64,000 bases of DNA from an uncultured Pseudobdellovibrionaceae bacterium (GTDB taxonomy: Bacteria; Bdellovibrionota; Bdellovibrionia; Bdellovibrionales; Bdellovibrionaceae), in assembly GCA_964515195.1 (NCBI GenBank), contig CAZETK010000001.1, forward strand, positions 13,126 through 77,125, in the 5' to 3' direction. Numbering within the stretch: position 1 is the stretch's first letter; every line of letters starts with the position of its first letter. Under the pieces are notes generated by a model. The model was not told where the DNA came from, did not search any database, and was given only the letters and a program-made list of their open reading frames with translations. Of the stretch, positions 9,647 to 19,080 are shown one piece after another. A program made the translations under genes and the position numbers.

Positions 9647-11779
9647 ATGCGCCGATGGTTTTGGATTATCACATTAAGCCTTGCCATGATTGTCTATCAA
9701 GGCTGCCTTATTGGTGCCCAAAACCCTCTTTATTTCAAGTCGCTAGGGCCTCTCAGTAGTTCAGGCTCGTCAGGATTCACTGAAAATGGCAATGGCCATG
9801 GATACGATGGTAAGCCAGATCCGGGTGATTACTATCGGGTTGTGCCCGAGTTTGAATGCAATGGCCAGAAACAGAAGCAAGCTGTAGTCGGAAAGATCAC
9901 AGTCCAGCGCGAGAAGTTTTTAGGAGAAATCATCGACCCAAGTGATTGCAAGTTAAAGTCAGGTGAGCTTAGCAGTTCACAGATTGCGTATTCTCCTTAC
10001 AACAAAGGATTATTAGGATTTAAAGATGGTGTGTATGTGAAGTCCTCCTCTCTTGAAATTCTTAAGGCTGCGGGTTGGAAGCCTGAGGCTTTGTGTCGAA
10101 ATTCAAACGCTTCAGTGGAGGGGGTTGATGCTCTGATTGAATGGAACTCTGAAACGAAGGCCATGCGAGCACGATTGGTTGTGGGTGAGCAAAATAGCTT
10201 AACTCTCGTGCGCCATGAATATGGCCCTTCAGCCGTACAAAAAATAATTTCTCCGGCGCAGATGAAGGTGCGCTATTATAGTGACGATTTGGATTTAAGC
10301 ATTGATCTTTCTCGACAAAGAGCAGTTCCACAAGGAACTTTTTCGGCTCATCTAACTGCACGCGTGGACAACCAGCCAATGACCCAAACAATGGATTGCC
10401 GGATGGCCACCCAGATGGACACTTTAGGCTATACTTTGGCGTTCACCGGAAATTCTGCGATGTGGGCACCGGCCTCTCAAAGAGTCTTTACTGAACTTGA
10501 TACTCCCGCGTGGAATCTGGAAGGAACTTGTGACCCTCAGTGGGGTGATGTGACAGTCAGCGGAAGCGGTATCAACCTAAGTCAAATCATTCCGTGCCGA
10601 AGTGATGGCACGTTTGCATTAGCGATCAATTACGATGTGACAACTCCCTTCTTCACTGCAAGTGGAACTTATCCAACTGTGGGAGGAAGAGATTTACAGA
10701 TATCTCAGGGGCCAGCCACTCCTAAACAGACACGCTTAATTTTGACGATGTCAGCAGCACCGCCACAGTTTATCTCGACTGCGGCCCAGCTTCAGAACAT
10801 GGCTAAGGACACAAAAATTCTTTACATACTTACCCAGGATATTGATGTGGCAGCTGAGATTGGGCCCACCAATAACTGGACACCTATTGGGCGTTGGGGT
10901 GGCGGGCTTATCATCGCCCCCGAGGATAACTTTCGTGGCATCATTGAAGGAAATGGGCATACTATTTCCGGCATTCATATCCAGGAGACAAAAGAGCACT
11001 ATGTGGGTTTTATCGGCTATTTTGTCGGTGGACGGATTCAAAATCTTCACTTGAAGAATATCACTATTGTTACGGACAAAACCCATGTGGGGGCCTTGGC
11101 CGGTATGCTTCGCCTTACCACAGTCTATAATGTCACGGTGGAAAATGTTCAGATTAAAGGCTTGGGTACAGTTGGTGGCCTGGTTGGAATGCACTGGAAC
11201 GGCAGTGTTGAAAATGTCAGAGTTATAAATGCCCAAGTCGAAGGGAACCATCAGGTCGGTGGCCTGACCGGGAGTAACTGGGCCGGCGGCGTCTCGAAAA
11301 CTACAGTGGATGCAAAGGTGGTCGGCATAGGTGGAGTTGCTGGGGGTTTAATTGGTTACTTCCGTTATGGAACAACGGGGCCGATCGTGATTTCAGATGT
11401 TCGAACCAGTGGCTCTGTCAGTGGTGCTGAAGAGGTGGGGGGATTGATCGGGCTCAACGATTATGGAGTGATCATCGAGCGAACCCTATCAACCAGCGAG
11501 ATTACCGTAGGGGCTGGAGGTACAGGGGGCCCTCTGATTGGAAAACAGGTCATGGAAAAGTGGGCAGGCGTCTATGAAGAACAACAGCCAACAGTGGTGC
11601 GCGATTCCTACTGGATGTTGGGCCAGACTTGTACGAACTGCTCAGCTCCGGGGGCTTTATCGGGTGAAGGGAAAAGCAGAGCCGATCTCCTTTTGAAAAG
11701 CACTTATATGAATTGGAATTTTGTCCAACCCGTTTGGACAATTCAAGAGGGACTCTCCTTGCCCGAGATTTCTTACTAA
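9647..11779 (+). CDS. GLUG-motif repeat lipoprotein
   Basis: Lipobox-like LAMIVYQGC. C-terminal half has repeated VGALAG / VGGLVG / VGGLTG / AGGLIG / VGGLIG motifs about every 20-25 aa (GLUG repeats). Confidence 0.65.
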   Translation: MRRWFWIITLSLAMIVYQGCLIGAQNPLYFKSLGPLSSSGSSGFTENGNGHGYDGKPDPGDYYRVVPEFECNGQKQKQAVVGKITVQREKFLGEIIDPSDCKLKSGELSSSQIAYSPYNKGLLGFKDGVYVKSSSLEILKAAGWKPEALCRNSNASVEGVDALIEWNSETKAMRARLVVGEQNSLTLVRHEYGPSAVQKIISPAQMKVRYYSDDLDLSIDLSRQRAVPQGTFSAHLTARVDNQPMTQTMDCRMATQMDTLGYTLAFTGNSAMWAPASQRVFTELDTPAWNLEGTCDPQWGDVTVSGSGINLSQIIPCRSDGTFALAINYDVTTPFFTASGTYPTVGGRDLQISQGPATPKQTRLILTMSAAPPQFISTAAQLQNMAKDTKILYILTQDIDVAAEIGPTNNWTPIGRWGGGLIIAPEDNFRGIIEGNGHTISGIHIQETKEHYVGFIGYFVGGRIQNLHLKNITIVTDKTHVGALAGMLRLTTVYNVTVENVQIKGLGTVGGLVGMHWNGSVENVRVINAQVEGNHQVGGLTGSNWAGGVSKTTVDAKVVGIGGVAGGLIGYFRYGTTGPIVISDVRTSGSVSGAEEVGGLIGLNDYGVIIERTLSTSEITVGAGGTGGPLIGKQVMEKWAGVYEEQQPTVVRDSYWMLGQTCTNCSAPGALSGEGKSRADLLLKSTYMNWNFVQPVWTIQEGLSLPEISY

Positions 11780-11836
11780 GAGATGTTCCTGAGCTAAGCG
11801 TTATAGTATAACTTTTGATCTTCCGATGATCATGGT

Positions 11837-12658
11837 GTGGAAACACCATCTTATATCCAAGCGGCCAATGCTCAAGAGTGTAATTTCCGTCTCAAAGATG
11901 GACAGGCTGGGTTTTCATTAATTGAGATTTTGGTGGCCCTCGGCTTGCTATCAATTGTAACGATGGTCATCACAACTATGATTTCCAATATGGCCCGCGA
12001 AACGAAATATCTTCGAGAATCCATCGCCTCGGCTGATGTGCAAAAAACCTTGACCACTGCTTTGAGCAGTGGCGCCGTTTGTAATTACGCTCTTAATACA
12101 CCGACGCCACTGACCTTTGACTCCACGCAGGTCACGGCCGGAAATAAGCAGGTGATGAGTTTACCTCCCAGTCGTCCGATTTATGCTTATATTGATGAGA
12201 CAGGTCCTACGCCTGTGCCTGGTCCTGTTCTTTTAGAAATTGGTAAATCAGGCTCGGCCTATGCAGATTCGTTACAAGTTTCTGCCATTGAGCTAGTAAT
12301 TCAATCAGGTTCTGGCGCTAATTTTATTGGCTATTGGCAAGTTAAATTCGATGATACGAAACTCGTGCGTTCGATAAGGCCGGTGACAATGAGCGCTTTT
12401 TTAACTGTCGATACCACCACACCAAATCTTGCAACAATCACAAACTGCGTTGGGAGTGGCGGTGGAGCCGAGAGTGTGGTCGGATTCGGAGGGATGTTTT
12501 CTTGGCATAGGTCATATGGCACTTGCAGCTCTGCCAATCCCAAGACATCTGATTGTTCCTGCCCCAGCGGATACGGACAAGTACTTCTGATATCAAATGG
12601 TCACGATGATGGCTCAAAACATGATGATCAGGATCTGTATTACTGTGTTAAGTTATGA
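11837..12658 (+). CDS. type IV pilin-like protein (prepilin N-terminal cleavage/methylation domain), long form
   Basis: G|FSLIEILVALGLLSIV is a class III signal with Glu at +5. GTG start gives a 25-aa leader. The C-terminus is Cys-rich. Confidence 0.7.
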   Translation: METPSYIQAANAQECNFRLKDGQAGFSLIEILVALGLLSIVTMVITTMISNMARETKYLRESIASADVQKTLTTALSSGAVCNYALNTPTPLTFDSTQVTAGNKQVMSLPPSRPIYAYIDETGPTPVPGPVLLEIGKSGSAYADSLQVSAIELVIQSGSGANFIGYWQVKFDDTKLVRSIRPVTMSAFLTVDTTTPNLATITNCVGSGGGAESVVGFGGMFSWHRSYGTCSSANPKTSDCSCPSGYGQVLLISNGHDDGSKHDDQDLYYCVKL

Positions 12659-12703
12659 TCCAGATCATAACCCGAGTAAGTCCGCCATTCTATCGTTTAG
12701 TTT

Positions 12704-13093
12704 ATGGAGACGAAAAGAAGGCTTCCTATTGTTTATTCATGCTCGGGCTGTTCTAGTGCGGCCCAGATGGCCAATTGGATCGCCATTCAGCTTGATCGTC
12801 AGGGCTTAGCTGAAATGAGCTGTATCGCAGGTGTGGGAGGTGATGTTCCCTCTCTCGTTAAAACAGCTCAGTCAGGTCGTGAGATCATAGTGCTGGATGG
12901 CTGTCCCTTAGTCTGTAGTCAGCATTGCTTAGCTCGTCATAACGTAAAACCAGATCAGCACTTCCTTTTATCTGACATGAAGGTGCCTAAAAAGATTCAC
13001 CAGGACTTTGACCCCAAAATGGCGGAAGAAGTCTTAGAGAAAATAAAAGCACAGTTGAAACAGGCGCAAGCCCTTGAGCCCACGTCTGTTTAG
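12704..13093 (+). CDS. DGC-domain putative zinc-binding protein
   Basis: PIVYSCSGCSSAAQMAN ... IVLDGCPLVC match the DGC family pattern. Confidence 0.6.
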   Translation: METKRRLPIVYSCSGCSSAAQMANWIAIQLDRQGLAEMSCIAGVGGDVPSLVKTAQSGREIIVLDGCPLVCSQHCLARHNVKPDQHFLLSDMKVPKKIHQDFDPKMAEEVLEKIKAQLKQAQALEPTSV

Positions 13094-13479
13094 AGGCTGG
13101 TAAGGCTTTCCTTTAACTTACTTTCAGCGACTGCCATCAAATCGCTTGCCTGAACGGCGGGGAGAATATTCAGCATTTGAGATGGCCGCATGGCTTCGAC
13201 CCGAATTTTATTTTCAGCAATTTCTGTCAAAACAATGTTGCAAGGAATTAGCAAGGCGACATCCGAACTTTGTTGATAAGCATCAAAAGCCAGTTTTGGA
13301 TTACAAGCTCCAAGAATGATACAAGGCTGGATTGACTCTCCGATTTTTTGCTTAATGGTCTTGTCGAAGTCAATTCGGGTCAAAACGCCAAAGCCTGCGG
13401 GCTTGATAGTTTCCACCACGCGTTGACAGACATCTTCTAGTTTTCCATTCACAACTACCGTTATCGCAAGGTCCTTCAT
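13090..13479 (-). CDS. DUF302 domain-containing protein
   Basis: FGVLTRIDFDKTIKQK...ILGACNPKLAF...LLIPCNIVL is typical of DUF302. Confidence 0.7.
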   Translation of the reverse strand: MKDLAITVVVNGKLEDVCQRVVETIKPAGFGVLTRIDFDKTIKQKIGESIQPCIILGACNPKLAFDAYQQSSDVALLIPCNIVLTEIAENKIRVEAMRPSQMLNILPAVQASDLMAVAESKLKESLTSL

Positions 13480-13487
13480 TGTTGCTC

Positions 13488-13925
13488 CTAAAACTTGGCC
13501 GCTCCACGACCAATCTGTTCATTGTTAAGTTTCACCACATACTCAATCGGAAATACTTGGGCTAGCATCGCGCTAACGCCGCAGTACTTTGTTTGTAACA
13601 GTACCACAGCTTCAGAAAGAATCTGTGGATCGACGGCACCCGTTACTTTAAACGTAATTAAAGCATGAGTAAACACGACAGGGTACCCTGATTTTGACAT
13701 TTCGATGTCAACATCCACTTCAAAGCTGTCCAGCGGCTGTTTATGCTTTTTTAGCAGTGCAATAACATCCATAGCGGTACATCCCCCTAAGCCAGCGGCA
13801 ACCAACTCTTTCGGAGTTTGGGCTGTGCCGTGTCCAATTGGCGGCTTAGCGTCCATGGGAACGGTGTGGCCTTCTGAAGTGGCTTCAAATTGCATATTCT
13901 TAGACCATTTTAATGTGTTTTTCAC
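13488..13925 (-). CDS. OsmC/Ohr family peroxiredoxin-like protein
   Basis: GHGTAQTPKELVAAGLGGCTAMDV is an OsmC core motif. I prefer GTG 13925, preceded by AAGGGAG. The track ORF extends to a TTG at 13940. Confidence 0.7.
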   Translation of the reverse strand: MKNTLKWSKNMQFEATSEGHTVPMDAKPPIGHGTAQTPKELVAAGLGGCTAMDVIALLKKHKQPLDSFEVDVDIEMSKSGYPVVFTHALITFKVTGAVDPQILSEAVVLLQTKYCGVSAMLAQVFPIEYVVKLNNEQIGRGAAKF

Positions 13926-14043
13926 GATTTCTCCCTTCAATTAGATCCTGGTTTGATTACACCAAAATCGAGCACTTTACTTCTGTAAGGTGAACTTATC
14001 CAAAGATTTTGTTTGCACCTTTTCATATCATATTATATTATTG

Positions 14044-14059
14044 TGATATGTCAATATCA
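14044..14059. promoter_or_regulatory. perfect 6-4-6 palindrome TGATATgtcaATATCA, candidate ArsR/SmtB operator
   Basis: Lies in the AT-rich divergent intergenic region between the OsmC gene (-) and the ArsR gene (+). A third half-site, ATATCA, lies at about 14025-14030. Confidence 0.4.
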
Positions 14060-14164
14060 GGAATTTAATATATTAAAGGGATTACGAATAAAATTACGGA
14101 TAACAAGAATGCACGGCAAAGTTAGATGCAGATGGGTCCTGAAATAAAGACAGAGGAGGTCGAA

Positions 14165-14467
14165 ATGGTAGCAGTTTCAACGGCAAAGCTAAAGAAATCA
14201 TGCGTGGAAGTAAGTCAGATACTGAAAGCTTTGGCCCATCCGCAGCGTCTGATGATCCTGGGGAATTTGCTCCAGGGCGCAAAGACAGTTACCGAGCTAG
14301 TGGAGTCCTGTGAAGCATCTCAATCTCAGATTTCGCACTTTCTAATGAGGATGAAGCTCGAAGGGCTAGTGAAGGCCAACCGTGAAGGACGCTTCGTCTA
14401 TTATTCAGTCGCCGATCAGAGGCTTGTTAAGCTCGTGCAGGTCATTCAAAACCAATACTGTGAGTGA
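14165..14467 (+). CDS. ArsR/SmtB family transcriptional regulator
   Basis: ATG 14165 follows GGAGG. LKALAHPQRLMILGNLL...VTELVE..SQSQISHFLMRMKLEGLV is the ArsR wHTH. Confidence 0.8.
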   Translation: MVAVSTAKLKKSCVEVSQILKALAHPQRLMILGNLLQGAKTVTELVESCEASQSQISHFLMRMKLEGLVKANREGRFVYYSVADQRLVKLVQVIQNQYCE

Positions 14468-14556
14468 TGAATAACTAAGATTAGAAGAAGCATGAAGGCA
14501 AGCATGGTTGGAGCAAAAGACCCGCTTAATAGTCCTTCTAAAAAAGGATAGATTAT

Positions 14557-15903
14557 ATGAAAACATTTCTAACCGCGACCTCTTTTTTAGTCTCCTTCAT
14601 TATACGGATGGGCTTTGTAAATGCACAAACCGTTTCGTTTGAAGATATTTGGCGAACAGTTCATAGCTCGTCATCGGCCCAAGAAGCCGCAGCTCTCAAA
14701 ACCCAGTCGATGGAAGAGGGAGCGTCTCGGGCCCAAAATCACTGGTTGCCGCGAGTCTACTTGGATGCACGTAGCTATCAGACAAATGATCCTGGTCCAT
14801 CTCTACTTGGGCTTCTTGAACAACGTAAAATCGAAGCAGCAGATTTTTATCCCGACTCTCTTAATCGCCCTGGCTCACAAACCTTTACCCGTGGTGCGCT
14901 TGGAGCAGAACTCGCCCTTTTTGAGGGAGGGATGAAGCAGGCTCAAGTCAGCATGTATAAGCACATGGTTCGCGCGGAAAAACTAACTGCATCCCAAATT
15001 GAGATTGAACAATACGCGCAGTCCAGCTTGGCCTACGGCTCAATTGCTTCTATTAAAAAGCAAAAGCAAAAGCTGCAGGCTTTAAACTCTGAGGTTTCGC
15101 GGCTCATCAAGGGATATCAATTGGGCCAAAAATCAAATCCGGTTGGCTATTCAGGTCTATTTGGAATGAAATCCCTTGCCAATCGAATCACGGGTCTCAT
15201 CGACCATCTCGAAGCGATTGAAAAGGCGTCATACGGTGCTTTGAAAGAAATGGGTGTTCAGGATGTAAACTGGGCGCCTCATATCATTGAAGCGAAGCGG
15301 TTTGTTGATGACTATATTTCTGATGGATTTCCAAAGAATGAGGCGACTCAGTCTTATAAGTCTTTAGCCAACGCTGAAGGCGTGCAGGCCCTAGAGGCCA
15401 CATCCAAAATGGAGCGAGCGCGATACTTGCCACGTGTCGGGGCTTTTGCGGAATCCTACGTTTTTAATGGCAGCCGAGACACGGCTAATGGATATATGGC
15501 AGGAATCTATCTTCAATGGAGCCTGTTTGATCCGTCGGATTTTGGAAGGCATAAAGAAGCAAAATTAAATGCCATGGCCGCTGAAAAATTCAATCAGGCT
15601 TCACTCCAACAAGAAAATACTGAACGCGTAAGTCTTTATGAGGCTGAAATGGCGTTGCGATCAAACCTTTCCCGTCTGGATGAAAGCGACAGGTTGCTGA
15701 CAGAACAGACCCAGGTTTCGCTGAAGCTCTTTAAAAACGGCTCCATAGGGGCCCTTCAATTTGTTGAAATTCTCAATCGCCGTACGGATTTGATTTCTCA
15801 ACAATTTGAGGCTGAACTTGGGCTTCTTAAAACAGTTTCAACGCGAGTGACTAAGTCTAAATTTGAAATTCCTACGCGCGTAACAAAAAGGAGTCAGCTA
15901 TGA
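14557..15903 (+). CDS. TolC-family outer membrane efflux protein
   Basis: Signal peptide, 448 aa, and coiled-coil-rich repeats typical of an outer membrane factor. The stop overlaps the next start (ATGA at 15900-15903). Confidence 0.7.
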   Translation: MKTFLTATSFLVSFIIRMGFVNAQTVSFEDIWRTVHSSSSAQEAAALKTQSMEEGASRAQNHWLPRVYLDARSYQTNDPGPSLLGLLEQRKIEAADFYPDSLNRPGSQTFTRGALGAELALFEGGMKQAQVSMYKHMVRAEKLTASQIEIEQYAQSSLAYGSIASIKKQKQKLQALNSEVSRLIKGYQLGQKSNPVGYSGLFGMKSLANRITGLIDHLEAIEKASYGALKEMGVQDVNWAPHIIEAKRFVDDYISDGFPKNEATQSYKSLANAEGVQALEATSKMERARYLPRVGAFAESYVFNGSRDTANGYMAGIYLQWSLFDPSDFGRHKEAKLNAMAAEKFNQASLQQENTERVSLYEAEMALRSNLSRLDESDRLLTEQTQVSLKLFKNGSIGALQFVEILNRRTDLISQQFEAELGLLKTVSTRVTKSKFEIPTRVTKRSQL

Positions 15904-18900
15904 AAACTGAAAAGTTAGGTTTCGCGGGGCGTTTAGGCAAAGCCTTTGTGCATTCAAAACTCACACCTGGATTATTTTGTCGAGTCTTCTTCTGGGCATC
16001 ATGGCCGTTTATCTGACACCTAAAGAGGAAGAGCCACAGATCTCAGTCCCGATGATTGATATTCGAACAGCCGCACCAGGGTTTTCCGCCGAGGAAACAG
16101 AAAGAAAAGTCACTGAACCTATTGAGCGCGCGGCCTGGGGACTTGATGGCGTTGAGTACGTTTATTCTAGTAGCCAAGCCCATGGCAGTCTGGTCACGGT
16201 TCGTTTCAAGGTTGGAGAGCCCATGGAGCCCAGCCTTGTGAAAATTCACCACAAGATGATGACAATTCAAGCTGAACTTCCAGCCAATGTTCTTCCTCCC
16301 CAAGTAAAATCCTATTCTATAGATGATGTGCCGTTTTTAGTGCTGACTTTTACTTCTGAAAAACTGAATGATTTTGATTTACGTACAAAGGTAGCGCCCT
16401 TGGCGCGGGAGCTATCAAGTACTCCTGATCTTTCTCGGGTGGAGCTTCTCGGCGGGCTCAAGCGTTCGATCCGAGTGATCGCTGATCCATTCAAGATGCG
16501 GACTCATGGTGTTTCTTTATTGAATGTGGCTCAAGCTTTGAAAGCGAATGATGCCTTGACACTGGCAGGAAAGAATTGGAGTGATCAAGAGGTTGTCGAT
16601 GTGGAAGTGGGTGGGAGACTTCGCACTCGTGATGATGTGGCTCGCATTGCGGTTGGTCAAAGGGCGGGCCGAGTAGTCTTTATGGAGGACATAGCTCAAG
16701 TCGTAGATGGTCCCGAAGAGCTTGTTCGCAGTTCTACGTTGATAGAAAAAAACCAAGAGCCAGCCCGGGCAGTTTCTATTGTCTTTGCGAAGCGAAAAGG
16801 GACAAATGTCGTTTCGCTTTCGAAGGAGATCTTGGATCGAGCCCAGGTTTTTTTAAGCGAACAAAAAGGTGATGCTGCTGATCTTAAAATGACGGTTGTT
16901 CGAGATTATGGCTCGACTGCTGCTGATAAATCAAATGAGCTGATCGAGCACTTGTTACTGGCGACTTTTTCCGTTTCGGTTCTTATAGCTCTGTTTATGG
17001 GAATTAGGGCGGCTATCGTTGTTGCCACAGCAATCCCGGTCACTTTAGCCCTGACACTCGCGGTATATTACTTCATGGGTTATACGCTGAACCGAGTGAC
17101 CCTATTTGCTTTGATTTTTTCGATTGGAATTTTGGTCGATGATGCCATCGTTGTGGTCGAAAACATCGAACGTCACCTTAAAGAAAATGCGAAGGGCGGA
17201 CTGCTGAAAGCCACAATTCGAGCTGTCAATGAAGTGGGAAATCCCACAATTCTTGCGACATTCACAGTTATCGCGGCCATTCTTCCGATGGCCTTTGTGA
17301 GCGGCCTTATGGGGCCATACATGAAGCCGATCCCGGTTGGAGCGAGTTTTGCGATGATCCTTTCTCTTTTTGTCGCTTTTATCGTGACTCCATGGGCCGC
17401 TATTAAACTTCTAAAAGGTCATTCTCATAGTGAAGAGCCTGCCGGCCACAAAATGAGCCGACTGGACAGGGTTTATCAAAAAGTGATGGAGACTTTTCTT
17501 AATCGAAAGAGACCCGCCGTTGTCTTTGGTGGTTTTACCATCGTGCTTTTGCTTCTTGCCAGCAGTCTTGTTTACTTTAAGGCTGTCAAAGTGAAGATGC
17601 TCCCGTTCGACAACAAGCAAGAGTTCCAGATTTTAATCGACTATCCGGCTACGACACCTCTGTTGGTGAGCCAAAACCTGTCGACCGAACTGGCACGGGA
17701 GATATTAAATCATGATGAAGTGGAAGCAGTTCAAATATTTGCAGGTGAGGCGGCACCTTATTCTTTTTCGGGGATGGTGAAGCATACCTTTTTGCGTAAT
17801 CAAGACTACCAAAATGATCTCCAGATTGTGTTAACTGAAAAAAGCCATAGAAAAGCGTCAAGTCACGAAATTATCGAAAGCTTGCGCCCGATCATTCAGA
17901 AATTCAGTGTGGATAAGAGTGCGGTCACAAAAGTTTTAGAGATTCCCCCAGGCCCGCCAGTACTGGCTACGATGATGGCCGAAGTCTATGGACCATCAAA
18001 GGATGTTAGAAATCGAGTTGCCCGTGAAATCGAGACGATTTTCAAAAGTGAACCTAGCGTTGTTGATCTTGATACCACGATGCGATTGGGGCGTCCTCGA
18101 AGAATCTATGAGTACGATCAAGCCAGAGGAGGCCTACTTGGCACAAATGCAAATGAGCTTATGACTTTGGGTCGCTTGGTATTTTCTGAAACACCAGTCA
18201 CAACGCTTTCGGATGTTCGGGCTCCGGAAGATGTAAATATTGACCTCTCGCTGAAGCCATCAGCGAGATCCTCATCTGCGCCGATTGCAGGACTTAGCGT
18301 GCCATCCTTCGAGACAGGAACTGTTGAGGCGGATCAGACTCTTAAGGAGCCACGAATTGTCGAAAATGAAATCCTACATCGGAAAAATTTGAAACCTGTG
18401 TCTTACGTTATGAGTGAGCTGTCAGGGGCCGAAGAGGCACCTGTGTATGGAATTTTGAAACTGCAGCCACAGATCCCTTATCCTATTCAAACGGCGGAGG
18501 TCCCCTGGAATACGACGCAGCCGACGATAAAATGGGATGGGGAGTGGTTTATTACATACGAAGTCTTTCGTGACCTTGGCGGAGCTTTTGCGGTTGTAAT
18601 GATTCTTATCTATATTCTTGTACTAGGATGGTTCCGCAGTTTTGCCGTTCCACTGATCATCATGACTCCAATTCCGATTAGTTTGATTGGGATTCTGCCC
18701 GGCCATGCGCTAATGGGGTCCTACTTTACTGCAACGTCGATGATCGGATTTATTGCAGGAGCCGGAATCATAGTACGAAATTCAATTATTCTAGTGGATT
18801 TTATCGAGCATCAACTGAAATCTGGCATGGCATTAAAAGAAGCCGTTATCAGTGCTGGTGTATTGCGATTTAGGCCGATGCTGCTGACTGCGGCGGCTGT

Positions 18901-19069
18901 CGTCGTTGGAAGTTCGGTCATGTTAGCGGATCCGATCTTCCAGGGCCTTGCTGTCAGTTTGATTTTCGGTGAGATTGCAGCCACGATATTGAGTCGTTTT
19001 GCAGTACCAGTCTTGTACTACTGGTTTATCGGCGACAAGCGTATGCACGCCATTCAAGAGAGCTCTTAG
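15900..19069 (+). CDS. efflux RND transporter permease (AcrB/CzcA superfamily) with an apparent 1-nt frameshift near 15966-15971
   Basis: ATG 15900 (SD AAAGGAG, ATGA coupling) encodes MKTEKLGFAGRLGKAFVHSKLTP, a conserved RND N-terminus, but that frame stops at 16016. The long ORF (15977-19069, TTG in track) continues as (W)IILSSLLLGIMAVYLTPKEEEPQISVP in another frame. Confidence 0.8.
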
Positions 19070-19080
19070 AATGTGGGCGA

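Noticed and set aside
15960-15980. Programmed ribosomal frameshift as the explanation for the two-frame RND N-terminus
   Set aside because: There is no recognisable slippery heptamer or downstream structure. A simple 1-nt indel (error or mutation) is more parsimonious.
16043-17861. Several 60-86 aa minus-strand ORFs and a 61-aa plus-strand ORF inside the RND gene
   Set aside because: They are antisense or off-frame shadows of a 1030-aa conserved transporter ORF.
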